DNA from: Bacillota bacterium
GTDB taxonomy: Bacteria; Bacillota; Ch66; Ch109
NCBI GenBank assembly: GCA_050952625.1
Contig: JBMNLH010000001.1
Coordinates: 160,001 to 224,000 of the forward strand
DNA: 64,000 bases
Direction: 5' to 3'
The notes under the pieces were generated by a model. It made no database searches, was not told the DNA's origin, and saw only the letters and a list, made by a program, of their open reading frames with translations. Made by a program: the position numbers and the translations under genes. Below are positions 1-11,691 of the stretch, piece after piece (the stretch's first letter is position 1; every line of letters begins with the position of its first letter).

Positions 1-290
1 TTTTCATAGGCTTCACGAATATGTTCTTCGGTGTAGCGGGAAAAATCCCGACTAACTTCAGCTAATCGCAAACGGGTTTGTTTCTCGACCTTTTCCATTT
101 TGTCAACCGTTTGGATTAACTCATTGGCTTGGATCTTGGTTTCCTGAAGCTCTATCTGCATTCGGGTATATTCTTTTCGGGCATTCTCCGCGATGTCGAA
201 AATCTGGCCCTGACTTTTTTCAATAGTATTGATCATTTTGGCAACAATTGTTTCAAGAGCCTTTATGTCTAATATTTCTGCCCGGATCAT
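1..290 (-). CDS. degS: Sensor histidine kinase DegS, N-terminal part (runs off the window edge)
   Basis: Manual translation from ATG at 290: MIRAEILDIKALETIVAKMINTIEKSQGQIFDIAENARKEY...RLRLAEVSRDFSRYTEEHIREAYEK, a typical DegS coiled-coil sensor domain; AGGGGG RBS upstream. Confidence 0.85.
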   Translation of the reverse strand, partial: MIRAEILDIKALETIVAKMINTIEKSQGQIFDIAENARKEYTRMQIELQETKIQANELIQTVDKMEKVEKQTRLRLAEVSRDFSRYTEEHIREAYE

Positions 291-327
291 TATTGCTTCC
301 CCCTATTTATGATACATGTTAGAACTG

Positions 328-873
328 TTATTTTTCTCGGGGCCAGCAGATGATTTCTTTCACCTTGGTCTCAAAAAAACTATTGGAATGGGCCGGTTGA
401 ATCACAATGGCGGCATCTGCCCCAGTGGCCGTACCCCCAATTGAGATAACTTCCTGGCCGTAAGGAATAAGCCCGGCATCTAAGGCCATGACCGCTATCT
501 CGATTGCCACCTTGACTCCCTGACCAAAAATTCGTAAGGTTTGGGCCATAATCTCCGCCGGGTAAACCCCGCCAAACTTAAACCGGATTGCCCGGTCAAT
601 TCCGGCGAACAGATGGGTAGTCGTTAAAACCTTGACCCCGGCTGCTTGGAGTTCATTTCTGATCGAGGCTGGCATTTCGTCTATGCCCGGACCAGCAAAA
701 CCAACATGATGCGTTACGCAGACTACTTCCAAGCCTTGATTTAACAATTGGTCAACGGTAAAACCAGAGTTGGAAGCGACGACAATATGTTTTAGGTTTA
801 ACTCGCCGGCTCTTTTCAAAGCTTGCTGTACTGTCGCCTCGGTACAACTCTTACCCTTTTTGTCCCAAAGCAT
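328..873 (-). CDS. Pyruvate kinase C-terminal (alpha/beta) domain-like protein
   Basis: IVVASNSG, VVCVTHHVGF, GQGVKVAIEIAVMALDAG, GGTATGADAA motifs; start moved to ATG 873 (AGGAGG RBS). Confidence 0.75.
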   Translation of the reverse strand: MLWDKKGKSCTEATVQQALKRAGELNLKHIVVASNSGFTVDQLLNQGLEVVCVTHHVGFAGPGIDEMPASIRNELQAAGVKVLTTTHLFAGIDRAIRFKFGGVYPAEIMAQTLRIFGQGVKVAIEIAVMALDAGLIPYGQEVISIGGTATGADAAIVIQPAHSNSFFETKVKEIICWPREK

Positions 874-2014
874 TTTTAACCTCCTGCCCAAGTTTTTCAA
901 GATCTATTTTGATTCCTTTTTTTAGGTTCCGTAGAATTGAATCGGACACATTTTCGCCGAACACCTTGGTAATATATATGGTAGGCATTTTATCCAGATC
1001 ATGTTCTTGCCCATCTGGCAGCTTCCGGCCATGGTGGTCAAGCAGCATTCGAATCACCGGCCGGTGTTGGGACTGTTTGTTAACGTCGACAACGATTCCC
1101 ACGTCGCCGGTGTTTAATTGAACCAAACTACCCACCGGATATATCGCGACATTTTCCAGGAAAGCAGCAACCACCCGAGGATCAAAAAAAGTATAAGTCC
1201 CCCGGGTTAATTCCCGGATCGCCCCATAAGGCAGGAACGCGGGCCGATAGATTCGGTCAGCCAGCAGAGCATCATAGACATCGGTAACCGCGGTAATTTT
1301 AGCGTATTCGTGGATCTCATCTCCCTTGAGCTGACGCGGATAACCGCTGCCATCAATTCTTTCATGGTGCTGAAGAGCGACATGAGAGGAAAGAAGGGGT
1401 ATCTCTGGATAATGACGAAGTATTTCAAAACCGTGAAATGAGTGTTCTTGCATTTCTTGAAATTCAGCTGGGGTCAGACAGCTGGGTTTATCCAATATTT
1501 CTTTGGGGATTCTGGTCTTGCCAATATCGTGAAGTAGGGCACCAATTCCTAGTTCTCTGAGTTGTTGCGTATTATATGATAGAGAGATACCGGTCATCAA
1601 AGAAAGGATACAGACATTGACCGAATGCGCAAAGGTGTAATCGTCATAGGCCCGGATGTCTACTAGATGAACTAAGGCATTAGAACTGCTCAGGACCTCG
1701 TCGAGAATCTTATCGACGGCGTTTTTGATCAGCAGCATATTAATCCGGCGCGAATCTTCAAGCTGGGTGAAGGCTTGACGAATTACTTTAATTGTTTCCA
1801 CCCGCGTTCTTTCGGAGACCGTTTCGGGAATGGTTAAACCACCGGTTGTTTCGTCTCGAATATACAGAGACTGAATGCCTAATTCGTTTAGTCGATTAAT
1901 ATAAAAATCGTTTAACTCGGTACCGGCCGCTAGAAGAACCTTACCCTCTGAATTATGAATAGCCCGGGCATTGATCATACCTGGTTCAGCATATTCGACA
2001 AGAATTCTACGCAT
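851..2014 (-). CDS. HD-GYP domain cyclic di-nucleotide phosphodiesterase
   Basis: HSVNV, LLHDIGK, HHERIDGSGYP, DVYDAL motifs. Confidence 0.9.
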   Translation of the reverse strand: MRRILVEYAEPGMINARAIHNSEGKVLLAAGTELNDFYINRLNELGIQSLYIRDETTGGLTIPETVSERTRVETIKVIRQAFTQLEDSRRINMLLIKNAVDKILDEVLSSSNALVHLVDIRAYDDYTFAHSVNVCILSLMTGISLSYNTQQLRELGIGALLHDIGKTRIPKEILDKPSCLTPAEFQEMQEHSFHGFEILRHYPEIPLLSSHVALQHHERIDGSGYPRQLKGDEIHEYAKITAVTDVYDALLADRIYRPAFLPYGAIRELTRGTYTFFDPRVVAAFLENVAIYPVGSLVQLNTGDVGIVVDVNKQSQHRPVIRMLLDHHGRKLPDGQEHDLDKMPTIYITKVFGENVSDSILRNLKKGIKIDLEKLGQEVKNALGQKG

Positions 2015-2073
2015 GGTACACCTTCCTGCCCCACGTTGTAGATTTTCGGGTTTACTCGGTTATCTGCTTAACT

Positions 2074-2101
2074 AATTCGGTAAAAATGTTTTAAATCCTG
2101 C
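2074..2101 (-). promoter_or_regulatory. SigmaH-type promoter for the HD-GYP gene
   Basis: Minus strand GCAGGATTT-N-ACCGAATT, AGGA-N17-GAAT. Confidence 0.55.
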
Positions 2102-2194
2102 CGGTAATTGATTGACTAACCTTACTTTTCTGTATCCTTGCTTCAACTATTTACATATGGTAAACTGGGCTAAATATGCTGCGGGGGTGAGGGT

Positions 2195-4273
2195 ATGGCC
2201 AGAGGAATCAGAAACCGATCACGCCAGCGACCGAGCGTTCCAAGACATTTGATCCAAAATCTGGTACAGGACATGGTTTCGATGATGGAGAATGAAGAGA
2301 GTCATCCCTTGGCCCTGGAACTGGTAGATCAATTACCAGAAGAACTCCAGGCAATATTCATTGAAAATTTGTCTACGGTCCATCAAGTAGAACTGTCGCG
2401 TTTTTTCTGGTTGGTCGCCGAGGAATACAGTGGTGAGGTTCGAAAAGCAGCGAAAAGGGCCTTAGAGAAGTATCGTCTGCTCGGACTGGCAGTAGACGAC
2501 TGGCAGGTTAAAAAGACGCCAATTCCCACTAAGCTATACAAGGCCATGATTTCCCGGACCCGTCTGACCGGGCAGGTTTCGTTGATTATGGCGTGGGAAC
2601 AGCCGAATGGTCTGCTTGATGTCCGCTACTTTGTGCTGAAGTTTGGTCCCGAGGGGATCCAGCGTTATTTTAGAGTCTTGAATCTGTCTAAACAGGGTTT
2701 CCAGATGGAACACAACCCGTCGGAAACGGGATTGGCTGAAATAACGTTGGCTGAAGCGCAATATCTGCTTAAGGAATCCTATAAATATAACCAGCTTTAT
2801 GGAACCCGGGCCGCTCGGCCGTTTTTCCAGTATGAAGCCTGGTTAAAAGAGGAAACGACATTAGAACCTGGTGCAGTAGAGGCACTAGCTAGCAAAATAA
2901 ATGAGAAAAAACTGAAACCGCAGCACACGGTGAATGCTTTTTTTGTCGCGGAACAAAACCAGGATTGGGGTTTAGCTTATGACCTTTATTCGAGTAAGTC
3001 CACCGTCTGTCGCCGGTCTCGGGAAGAGTATCTGCAAGCCCAAGCGGCTAAAGAGCCCAAAGACAATTGCTTATACCTCATCTCAAATGTTGAAGAACAG
3101 GTTGTTCGTCGTAAAACAGCCGACGTTCAAGCCCGCTTGATCGTTAATGAAGATTTCCGATTAGAAGAACGCAGGTATGGCTTTAGTTTAGTCCTGGAGG
3201 GTGATAATTGGAAAATCAACCGGGTAAAACTGTTGGAATCGCGTAAGATTGAGGAAGATGATCCAGATAATCCTTTAAACTATGAAGTTTATAGTGCCCT
3301 TTACACCGTTGGCGAGACAACCCGGGTCCAGGATTTTTTGGAGGAACTGCCGGAAGTAGAAGTATTTGCTGAGATGGAAGATGGGTTGCATTACCGGTGG
3401 CCTCGGTACCCGGACCAAATCGAACACGGAATTAATATTGCGGATACGGTTTTTAGTGAGTTTATTTTAACTAGTGATGAATTACTTATTGTCGCCCGGG
3501 ATCGAGGGGATCTGGATTCCATCTGCAGTCTGGCCGAGGATCGACTAGGAGAGAGTATTCGATATCAGCAGCAGTATTACGTCGATATTAGCCTGGTTTA
3601 CGCAGTCCTCGGCGGTGAATACTCCTCTTTTGAAGAACTTTTGGGAGATCTGGCAGTCGAGGAACCAGAGGAAAAAGCCCCGGTGATGATTGCTACCTAT
3701 CAGGTAGATAATCCAGGCCCTGTCCTCAAACGGATCCGTTCCTTTACCGTGTTTGAATTTGACACGCCAGAAGGGGTCAAGGCTTTTTACGAGTTTGAAC
3801 ATATTCGTTCCCGCTCCGAAGGCGGTGAGGTGGGAGAGGGATTTATCGCCGAGTATCGAATAACTTCGGAATATTTAACGGTAGCCACCTTTGGTCGGGA
3901 GTATTTGTCTTTGGTATGCCAGGAATTGGAGAGGGGATTAAAAAGAAATCTACACCTGATTGATGTTCAGGAACAGGAGGAAGACTACTCCTTATTGGCG
4001 GCCGTCGGGAAAGCTAAATTGCCCAAGGAAACCATGATGCGCTGGCAAAGGGAGGAAGTAGGGCGCTGGATGGAAACAGAGATTCCCGCTTTAGAGGGCA
4101 TGACCCCTCAGCAAGCCAACCGGTCCCTGCGCGGACGCCAGCTTCTCTGGGAGCTGTTTAAGTATATGAAGGATCTGCAACAGGATTTACAGCGTAAAGG
4201 ATTGAACCCACCGATTGATTATCGGGAATACATTCGGGCTGTTGGTCTGGGCGAGTCAAGAAGCGGAGATTGA
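2195..4273 (+). CDS. Conserved hypothetical multidomain protein with a central NTF2-like segment and a C-terminal MbcA/ParS/Xre-like motif
   Basis: 692-aa ORF; YGFSLVLEGDNWKI is NTF2-like; C-terminal WMETEIPALEGMTPQQA resembles the WL..P.PAL.G.TP motif. Confidence 0.55.
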   Translation: MARGIRNRSRQRPSVPRHLIQNLVQDMVSMMENEESHPLALELVDQLPEELQAIFIENLSTVHQVELSRFFWLVAEEYSGEVRKAAKRALEKYRLLGLAVDDWQVKKTPIPTKLYKAMISRTRLTGQVSLIMAWEQPNGLLDVRYFVLKFGPEGIQRYFRVLNLSKQGFQMEHNPSETGLAEITLAEAQYLLKESYKYNQLYGTRAARPFFQYEAWLKEETTLEPGAVEALASKINEKKLKPQHTVNAFFVAEQNQDWGLAYDLYSSKSTVCRRSREEYLQAQAAKEPKDNCLYLISNVEEQVVRRKTADVQARLIVNEDFRLEERRYGFSLVLEGDNWKINRVKLLESRKIEEDDPDNPLNYEVYSALYTVGETTRVQDFLEELPEVEVFAEMEDGLHYRWPRYPDQIEHGINIADTVFSEFILTSDELLIVARDRGDLDSICSLAEDRLGESIRYQQQYYVDISLVYAVLGGEYSSFEELLGDLAVEEPEEKAPVMIATYQVDNPGPVLKRIRSFTVFEFDTPEGVKAFYEFEHIRSRSEGGEVGEGFIAEYRITSEYLTVATFGREYLSLVCQELERGLKRNLHLIDVQEQEEDYSLLAAVGKAKLPKETMMRWQREEVGRWMETEIPALEGMTPQQANRSLRGRQLLWELFKYMKDLQQDLQRKGLNPPIDYREYIRAVGLGESRSGD

Positions 4274-4284
4274 ATAATTAGCTG

Positions 4285-4313
4285 TTGACACTTAGGGGTT
4301 AATTCCCTATACT
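4285..4313 (+). promoter_or_regulatory. SigmaA promoter of the ilv-leu operon
   Basis: TTGACA-N17-TATACT. Confidence 0.8.
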
Positions 4314-4348
4314 ATTGATAAATTCTTTCCAAAAGCCAATTGGATAAA

Positions 4349-4643
4349 AAAGGCGATGACAGGATTATCGAAATATACTTGTGGCAGGCAACAGAGAGCC
4401 GGGGAAGCTGAAAGCCGGTCCTGCCGGGTATACAAGCGTCTCTTCCTTGAGCTGCTATCTGAACAGTTACCAGCCGACTGCTGGTTAACTAATTAGGTGA
4501 CGTCGGAATCAGTACCCGTTATCGTACTGGTGTGTTTTACACCGTGAGCTGGTTGCCGGATGGCGACAAACAGGGTGGTACCGCGGGTTCCCTCTCGTCC
4601 CTGACACTATAAAATATGTCTGGGAGGAGGGTTTTTTATTTTT
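4349..4643 (+). ncRNA. T-box riboswitch (probably Leu, CUC specifier) with terminator
   Basis: GCGATGA, AGAGAG and GCTGAAA stem-I motifs; T-box AGGGTGGTACCGCG at 4572-4585; following hairpin plus T-run; lies upstream of ilvD. Confidence 0.9.
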
Positions 4644-4682
4644 CCTAGAGGAGGAACTAGTAGAATAAGGGGTGATTTTCTA

Positions 4683-6350
4683 ATGATCAATCTAAAAAGC
4701 GACCAAACTAAACTAGGGTTGGAAAAGGCACCGCACCGGTCCCTTTTTAAAGCCTTAGGCTTAACCGATGAAGAGCTGAGGCGACCAATCGTGGGGATAG
4801 TAAATGCCAAGAACGAAGTAATTCCCGGGCACATTCATTTAGATAAGATTGCTGAAGCAGTGAAGGCCGGGGTTAGAATGAATGGCGGAACCCCCATGGA
4901 GTTTGGGGTAATCGGGGTTTGCGATGGAATTGCCATGAATCATCTGGGGATGAAATACTCCCTGGGCAGCCGGGAACTGATTGCGGACTCCGTCGAGGTG
5001 ATGGCCATTGCCCATGCCTTTGATGCTTTGGTCTTTATCCCGAACTGTGACAAAATTATTCCGGGGATGTTAATGGCCGCGGCTCGGCTTAATCTCCCCA
5101 GTATTTTTATCAGTGGCGGTCCGATGCTGGCCGGCCGTTTTCGCGGTCAAGCGGTTGGTTTGAGCCAAGTGTTTGAAGCGGTCGGGTCCGTGGCCGGTGG
5201 CCGGATGACGGCTGAGGAGCTCCATGAATTGGAAGAGTCGGCCTGCCCGGGCTGTGGTTCCTGTGCCGGGTTATTTACCGCGAACTCCATGAACTGTCTG
5301 ACTGAGGCTTTAGGCATGGGACTGCACGGCAACGGGACCATTCCCGCGGTTCACGCCGGCCGGATTCGGCTGGCCAAACAGGCTGGCTGGCAGATCATGG
5401 AGGTGCTGCGCCAAGATTTGAAACCCCGGGACATTATGACCCCGGCGGCTTTTCATAATGCGCTGGCCATCGATATGGCCTTAGGCGGTTCCAGCAATAC
5501 GATTTTACATCTGCCGGCTATTGCCCATGAAGCCGGTGTGCCGCTGGATTTAGAACTGGCGGATCAACTGAGCAAGCAAATTCCGCACCTGTGCAAACTA
5601 GCCCCGTCCGGGTCACACTTTATGGAAGATCTGGACGAAGCCGGCGGCGTAGCCGCGGTGATGGCGGAACTCCTGCAGCATGGTCTGATTAAGGGAGAGG
5701 CTTTGACCGTAACGGGCAAGACGGTGGCCGAGAACATAGCCGGCCGGCGGATTTTACGGTCAGATGTAGTGCGGCCCGTTACCGATCCCTACAGTGCCAG
5801 CGGCGGGTTGGCTATTTTGCGCGGCAACTTGGCCCCGGATGGAGCGGTGGTCAAAAAGGCAGCGGTCGCCCCGGAAATGATGACTCACCGGGGGCCAGCT
5901 CGGGTGTTTGATTCTGAGGAAACCGCCGTAGCCGCTATTCTTGAGGGTAAGATTCAGAAAGGCGATGTAATTGTGATCCGCTACGAAGGACCCAAGGGCG
6001 GGCCGGGGATGCGGGAGATGCTCACGCCGACCTCAGCGGTGGCTGGTATGGGCCTGGATAAAGATGTTGCTTTAATAACTGATGGTCGTTTTTCCGGGGC
6101 AACCCGGGGAGCTTCGATTGGGCACGTAGCCCCTGAGGCGGCTGAGGGCGGTCTGATCGCTCTGGTTCAGGAAGGGGATTCCATCTTAGTTGATATCGTT
6201 GGTCAGGCAATCACTTTGGAAGTAGACGAAGCCGAAATTAACCGACGCCGAGCTGCCTGGACGCCACCAGTGCCAAAAATTAAGTCCGGTTATATGGCCC
6301 GGTACGCGCAGATGGTTTCTTCCGCCAGCAAGGGTGCTGTGTTCAAATAG
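4683..6350 (+). CDS. ilvD: Dihydroxy-acid dehydratase
   Basis: [42 protein letters not shown]. Confidence 0.97.
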   Translation: MINLKSDQTKLGLEKAPHRSLFKALGLTDEELRRPIVGIVNAKNEVIPGHIHLDKIAEAVKAGVRMNGGTPMEFGVIGVCDGIAMNHLGMKYSLGSRELIADSVEVMAIAHAFDALVFIPNCDKIIPGMLMAAARLNLPSIFISGGPMLAGRFRGQAVGLSQVFEAVGSVAGGRMTAEELHELEESACPGCGSCAGLFTANSMNCLTEALGMGLHGNGTIPAVHAGRIRLAKQAGWQIMEVLRQDLKPRDIMTPAAFHNALAIDMALGGSSNTILHLPAIAHEAGVPLDLELADQLSKQIPHLCKLAPSGSHFMEDLDEAGGVAAVMAELLQHGLIKGEALTVTGKTVAENIAGRRILRSDVVRPVTDPYSASGGLAILRGNLAPDGAVVKKAAVAPEMMTHRGPARVFDSEETAVAAILEGKIQKGDVIVIRYEGPKGGPGMREMLTPTSAVAGMGLDKDVALITDGRFSGATRGASIGHVAPEAAEGGLIALVQEGDSILVDIVGQAITLEVDEAEINRRRAAWTPPVPKIKSGYMARYAQMVSSASKGAVFK

Positions 6351-6377
6351 AAAACTTTGGAATGTGGAGGTGAGGTC

Positions 6378-8064
6378 ATGGAATTAACAGGGGCTCAGAT
6401 CTTGATTCGCAGCCTTCAAGAAGAGGGAGTAGATACTATTTTCGGTTATCCTGGCGGTCGGGTCCTGAATATCTACGATGAGATATATCAATCGAATTTA
6501 CGCCACATTTTGACCCGGCACGAACAGGGGGCGACCCACGCGGCTGATGCTTACGCGCGGGTGACCGGGCGCCCCGGGATATGTATCACTACCTCAGGTC
6601 CTGGAGCGACGAATGCGGTTACCGGCATTGCCACGGCTCACATGGATTCGATTCCCTTGATTGTTTTTACTGGTCAGGTAAACGTCGCGGCCCTGGGAAG
6701 GGATTCCTTTCAGGAAGCCGATATTACCGGCATTACTTTGCCGATTACCAAACACAGCTATTTGGTCAGGAACACCAAAGACTTGGCCCGGATTGTTAAG
6801 GAAGCATTCTATATAGCCACGACCGGTCGACCCGGGCCGGTAGTAATTGACCTGCCCAGTGACATCATGGTGAATAAGGCCCGGTTTGATTATCCGAAAT
6901 CGGTTAACCTGAGGGGTTACCGGATCTTGAAAAAGGTTAATCAACTGCAAGTCAATCAAGCTGCTCAGATGATCAACCAGTCCCGACGGCCGGTCCTGTA
7001 TGTTGGAGGTGGGGCAATCAGCAGCGGGGGCCCATCAGGAGCTTCTGGTCCTGGCCGAAAAAGCCGGCCTGCCGGTAACGACTACCTTAATGGGCTTGGG
7101 GGCTTTCCCCGGTAACCATCGTCTATCCCTGGGAATGCTGGGGATGCACGGAACCCGGTACGCCAATTATGCCATTTGTGAGTGTGATTGTTTGATCGCC
7201 GTGGGGGCCCGTTTTGACGACCGGGTGACCGGGAAGATCGAGGCTTTTGCTCCAAAAGCCAAGGTCGTGCACATTGATATTGATCCGGCGGAGATTGGCA
7301 AGAATGTCCGGGTTGATGTACCCATTGCCGGGGATGTCCGGATGGTTCTGGGGGAACTTGTCCCGAAAATAGAAGCTAATGCGGCTGAACGGGCCGAGTG
7401 GCTAGCTAAGATTGATGAATGGAAGCGGGAATACCCATTGTCCTATAACCAGGGGGAAGATTGCATCAAGCCTCAGTATGTGATAGAGCAGATTTATGAG
7501 GCTACTCAAGGAGAAGCCATTATCACGACTGAGGTGGGACAGCACCAGATGTGGGCCGCTCAGCATTATAAGTATGTCCGGCCGCGTTCCCTGGTCACTT
7601 CCGGCGGCTTAGGCACCATGGGGTTTGGCTTGCCAGCGGCGATTGGGGCTCAGATCGGGATGCCGGATCGCCTGGTGTTTGATATTTCTGGCGACGGCAG
7701 CTTCCAGATGAATTCTCAGGAACTGGCCACAGCTGTTTCTTACAATCTGCCGATTAAGGTGGCTATTTTAAATAATGGTTATCTGGGCATGGTTCGGCAG
7801 TGGCAGAAGCTTTTCTACGGCGGTCGGTATTCGCAAACTGACTTGGAGGGGTTGAGCCCGGACTTTGTGAAGTTAGCGGAAGCCTACGGGGTGACCGGGA
7901 TTAGGGTAACTCGGCCTGAGGAAGTTCGGCCGGCCATCGAGCAAGCCATTGCTACCCCTGGTCCAGTATTAATTGATTTTGTAGTGGACCGAGAGGAGAA
8001 TGTCTACCCGATGGTGCCGCCAGGCGGCTGTCTAGATAATATGCTAGGGGGGTGTACGGAATGA
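6378..8064 (+). CDS. ilvB: Acetolactate synthase large subunit, split by a +1 frameshift at 7026-7033
   Basis: FGYPGG, RHEQGA in the first ORF; GDGSFQMN...NN ThDP motif in the second; removing one base from GGGGGCCC joins them (..AISSGAHQEL..). Confidence 0.9.
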
Positions 8065-8543
8065 GTAAACGCCATACTTTAGCCGTAACCGTCCATAATT
8101 ATCCTGGAGTTTTAAACCGGGTGGCGGGAATGTTTAGTCGGCGCGGGTATAATATTGAGAGTCTAAATGTGGGCACCACCGACAATCCTCAATTCTCCCG
8201 CATGACTATTGTAGTCGATGGAGACAGCCAAATTATTGAGCAGGTGGTTAAACAACTGCACAAACTGGTTGATGTCATCAAAGTTAGTGACATCACGGAA
8301 GAACCCGCGGTCAATCGAGACCTGGTTCTGTATAAGGTTCAGGCCGAACCACCGGTCCGGGGGGAAATCATGCAGATCTGCGAAGTTTTTCGCCTGCGCA
8401 TTGTTGACTTTGGCCGGCGTTCCCTCATTATAGAAGCAACCGGGGAAAAGAATAAACTAGATGCGATTGAAGATGCCCTGCGGCCTTTTGGCATCCTGGA
8501 AATGGTACGCACCGGCCAGGTTTCGATGGTGCGGGGACGGTAA
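8061..8543 (+). CDS. ilvN: Acetolactate synthase small (regulatory) subunit
   Basis: ACT domain [23 protein letters not shown]; C-terminal EMVRTG. Confidence 0.95.
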   Translation: MSKRHTLAVTVHNYPGVLNRVAGMFSRRGYNIESLNVGTTDNPQFSRMTIVVDGDSQIIEQVVKQLHKLVDVIKVSDITEEPAVNRDLVLYKVQAEPPVRGEIMQICEVFRLRIVDFGRRSLIIEATGEKNKLDAIEDALRPFGILEMVRTGQVSMVRGR

Positions 8544-8793
8544 ACGCTAACGCAAATAGCTAAACTTATTAGTTCAGTATTTTTCTGTGAAATCTATGGG
8601 TTTTTTTAATTGTTTTCGGTAAAATAACATATAAATTAATATTCCTAACATATAATCCCAGGCGTTTGCTTTGTCCATAGTTGTGTCTGGTTATCTTCAT
8701 AGGGGAATAACGCGGCGAATAACACGGAGAACAATGCGTTAACTTCGACTGTCATTGCAATGAATATTAATGTAAGGAGGTAACTATACTTAA

Positions 8794-9804
8794 ATGGCTA
8801 GAATGTATTATGAAGAAGATGCGGATCTGAAATTTCTAGAGGGCAAGACGGTTGCTGTGCTGGGCTACGGCAGCCAAGGACATGCTCAAGCCCAAAATCT
8901 GCGGGATAGCGGAGTCAAGGTAGTGGTCGGTCTGCGGCCGCCAACCACCCCGGAAACGACGGCGGAGTGGAACAAGGTTGTTGAAGCCGGCATCCCGGTC
9001 ATGACCGTCGAAGAGGCAGCCCAACAGGGAGACCTCATCCAGGTCTTACTGCCGGATGAAATCCAGGGCCGGGTCTATCGGGAACAGATCGCTCCCTACC
9101 TGCAGGAAGGGAACCTGCTCATGTTTTCGCATGGTTTTAACATTCACTTTGGGCAGATTGTTCCCCCGCCCAATATTGATGTCATCATGGTGGCCCCTAA
9201 GGGACCGGGTCATTTAGTCCGGCGGCAGTACGTCGAGGGATTTGGCGTGCCTTGTTTGATCGCAATGCAGCAGGATTTTACCGGCCAAGCCAAGGAACTG
9301 GCTCTGGCTTACGCGAAAGGAATTGGGGCGACTCGGGCGGGTGTCCTAGAAACTACTTTTAAAGAGGAGACGGAAACCGACCTGTTTGGTGAGCAGTGTG
9401 TTCTCTGTGGAGGAACAACCGAACTGGTCCGAGCTGGATTTGACACCCTAGTCGAGGCCGGTTATCAACCGGAGATTGCCTACTTCGAGTGTTTGCATGA
9501 GCTGAAACTAATCGTTGATTTGATGTATGAGGGCGGCATCCAGAAGATGCGGTACTCAATCAGTGATACGGCTGAGTTTGGTGACCTCACCGTTGGCCGT
9601 CGGATTATTACTGAAGAGACCCGTCAGGAAATGAAAAAGGTCCTGGCTGAAATTCAAAGCGGGGCCTTTGCTAAAGATTGGCTCCTGGAAAACCAGGTCG
9701 GCCGGCCCAAATATAATGCCCTGAAAAAACGGGATGCGGATCACCTGATTGAAAAAGTGGGAGCAGAGTTACGGAAAATGATGCGGTGGATTCAGAAGGA
9801 CTAG
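8794..9804 (+). CDS. ilvC: Ketol-acid reductoisomerase
   Basis: [34 protein letters not shown]. Confidence 0.97.
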   Translation: MARMYYEEDADLKFLEGKTVAVLGYGSQGHAQAQNLRDSGVKVVVGLRPPTTPETTAEWNKVVEAGIPVMTVEEAAQQGDLIQVLLPDEIQGRVYREQIAPYLQEGNLLMFSHGFNIHFGQIVPPPNIDVIMVAPKGPGHLVRRQYVEGFGVPCLIAMQQDFTGQAKELALAYAKGIGATRAGVLETTFKEETETDLFGEQCVLCGGTTELVRAGFDTLVEAGYQPEIAYFECLHELKLIVDLMYEGGIQKMRYSISDTAEFGDLTVGRRIITEETRQEMKKVLAEIQSGAFAKDWLLENQVGRPKYNALKKRDADHLIEKVGAELRKMMRWIQKD

Positions 9805-9872
9805 GACACACGCCCAAAAACGCCGGCTTTTCTGTATTTAGGTGATTAGGATAACGAAAGGAGTGGTGATAA

Positions 9873-11402
9873 ATGGGAAATCGGGTATACATTTTTGATA
9901 CAACGCTGCGCGATGGAGAACAGTCACCCGGGGTGAGCCTTAATGCCCAGGAGAAACTAGAGATTGCCAAGCAGCTTGCCCGTCTGGGGGTTGACATTAT
10001 TGAGGCAGGTTTTCCGATTACCTCGACTGGGGATCAAGAAGCGGTCAGGCTGATCTCGCAAAAAGTCAAGGGCCCAGTTATCGCTGCTCTAGCCCGGACC
10101 GAAGAGGCTGATATAGATCTGGCCTGGGAAACTCTTAAGGAAGCAGAACGACCAAGAATTCATACATTTATAGCTACTTCGCCGATTCATATGCAATACA
10201 AACTTCAGAAAAGTCCTGAAGAGGTAGTAGAAGCAGCGGTAAGAGCGGTTAAACGAGCCCGCAGTTATGTAGAGGATGTTGAGTTTTCTTGTGAAGACGG
10301 TTCTCGAAGTGACCTCGATTTTTTGTGTCGAATCCTAACAGCAGTGATTGAGGCTGGAGCCACCACCGTCAATATCCCAGACACCGTCGGTTATTCCACC
10401 CCGGCTGAGTACGCCTCAATTATTCGCTACTTGCGGGAAAATATACCCAACAGTCACCGCGCTATTTTTAGTGTTCATTGCCATGACGACCTTGGTCTAG
10501 CTGTGGCTAATACCTTAGCCGCGATAGAGGCCGGGGCGGAACAGGTGGAGTGTGCGGTGAACGGAATCGGAGAGCGGGCGGGGAATGCCTCTTTGGAAGA
10601 AATTGTCATGGCTTTATATACCCGGCGCGCTACTTTTGGCAAAGACACCAAGATCAATTACTCGGAAATATACCGCACAAGCAAACTGGTTAGCACCATG
10701 ACCGGGATGCCGATTCAGCCCAATAAGGCAATCATTGGCAAAAATGCCTTTGCGCATGAATCGGGGATTCATCAGGATGGGGTCCTGAAGGAACGGACCA
10801 CCTATGAGATCATGAATCCGGAGTTAATCGGGATTTACCAGGATAACTTGGTGTTAGGGAAACACTCCGGCCGCCATGCCTTTCGGATGCGTCTGCAGGA
10901 AATGGGTTTCGAACTAAGTGATGCTGAATTAAAACGGGCCTTCGGCCGGTTTAAAACCCTGGCCGACCGCAAGAAGGAAATCACCGCCCATGATTTGGAA
11001 GCAATCGTGAAGGAAGAAATACGGGCGATTCCTGAGAAATTCCGTCTGGATAACCTGCATTTTTTCAGCGGCACCCAAGTTGTCCCAACAGCCACGGTTG
11101 GTTTATTTAACGGCGAGATTATTGTGGAGGAAGCCTCCATTGGCGATGGCCCGGTGGATGCGGCCCTGAAAGCGGTTGATCGGATAACGCAATTGAATAC
11201 TACCCTGAGTGAGTATTCAATCAAAGCGATCACTGGTGGTAAGGATGCCTTGGGTGAAGTTACGGTAAGGGTCCAGCATGGGGAACGATTTTTCATTGGC
11301 CGGGGAGTCAGTACAGATGTCATTGAGGCTAGTGTCAAAGCCTACGTCGATGCGATTAATAAAGTGGCTTATGAATTAGAGAAAAATAAGCTGCCGGTAT
11401 AA
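9873..11402 (+). CDS. leuA: 2-isopropylmalate synthase
   Basis: [38 protein letters not shown]-terminal regulatory domain. Confidence 0.96.
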   Translation: MGNRVYIFDTTLRDGEQSPGVSLNAQEKLEIAKQLARLGVDIIEAGFPITSTGDQEAVRLISQKVKGPVIAALARTEEADIDLAWETLKEAERPRIHTFIATSPIHMQYKLQKSPEEVVEAAVRAVKRARSYVEDVEFSCEDGSRSDLDFLCRILTAVIEAGATTVNIPDTVGYSTPAEYASIIRYLRENIPNSHRAIFSVHCHDDLGLAVANTLAAIEAGAEQVECAVNGIGERAGNASLEEIVMALYTRRATFGKDTKINYSEIYRTSKLVSTMTGMPIQPNKAIIGKNAFAHESGIHQDGVLKERTTYEIMNPELIGIYQDNLVLGKHSGRHAFRMRLQEMGFELSDAELKRAFGRFKTLADRKKEITAHDLEAIVKEEIRAIPEKFRLDNLHFFSGTQVVPTATVGLFNGEIIVEEASIGDGPVDAALKAVDRITQLNTTLSEYSIKAITGGKDALGEVTVRVQHGERFFIGRGVSTDVIEASVKAYVDAINKVAYELEKNKLPV

Positions 11403-11469
11403 CTCGGAACAATTGGTCATAAAATGAATAGACAGGCAATTTGCGTCTTTCTATCACAACTCGCCCAGA

Positions 11470-11494
11470 GGACTCCCGCCTCTATAGGCGGGAG
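11470..11494 (+). repeat. Isolated IS200/IS605-type end hairpin
   Basis: GACTCCCGCC-TCTATA-GGCGGGAG, a compensatory variant of the GACTCCCACT-TCTATA-AGTGGG hairpin in the dispersed element. Confidence 0.5.
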
Positions 11495-11567
11495 AGGCTT
11501 CGCCAATTCTTAGACAGATAAGGTAATATTTACAAGTTATTGACAGAACCATACTCTTACCTGGAAC

Positions 11568-11604
11568 AGAGAGAGAAGCTAATTAAGGGCCTCTCTCTTT
11601 TTTT
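11568..11604 (+). terminator. Probable intrinsic terminator downstream of leuA
   Basis: AGAGAGAG...CTCTCTCT followed by a T-run. Confidence 0.5.
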
Positions 11605-11691
11605 CTCTGGTGCGGATAGCTCCTCTTGCTCAAAATTATTCAAGCGGCTATTATAGAGAAGTAGATTGATATTAAGGGGGGTGTTAGAGGA

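Noticed and set aside
8575-8630. CodY boxes upstream of ilvC
   Set aside because: Too many mismatches to AATTTTCWGAAAATT in AT-rich DNA to call
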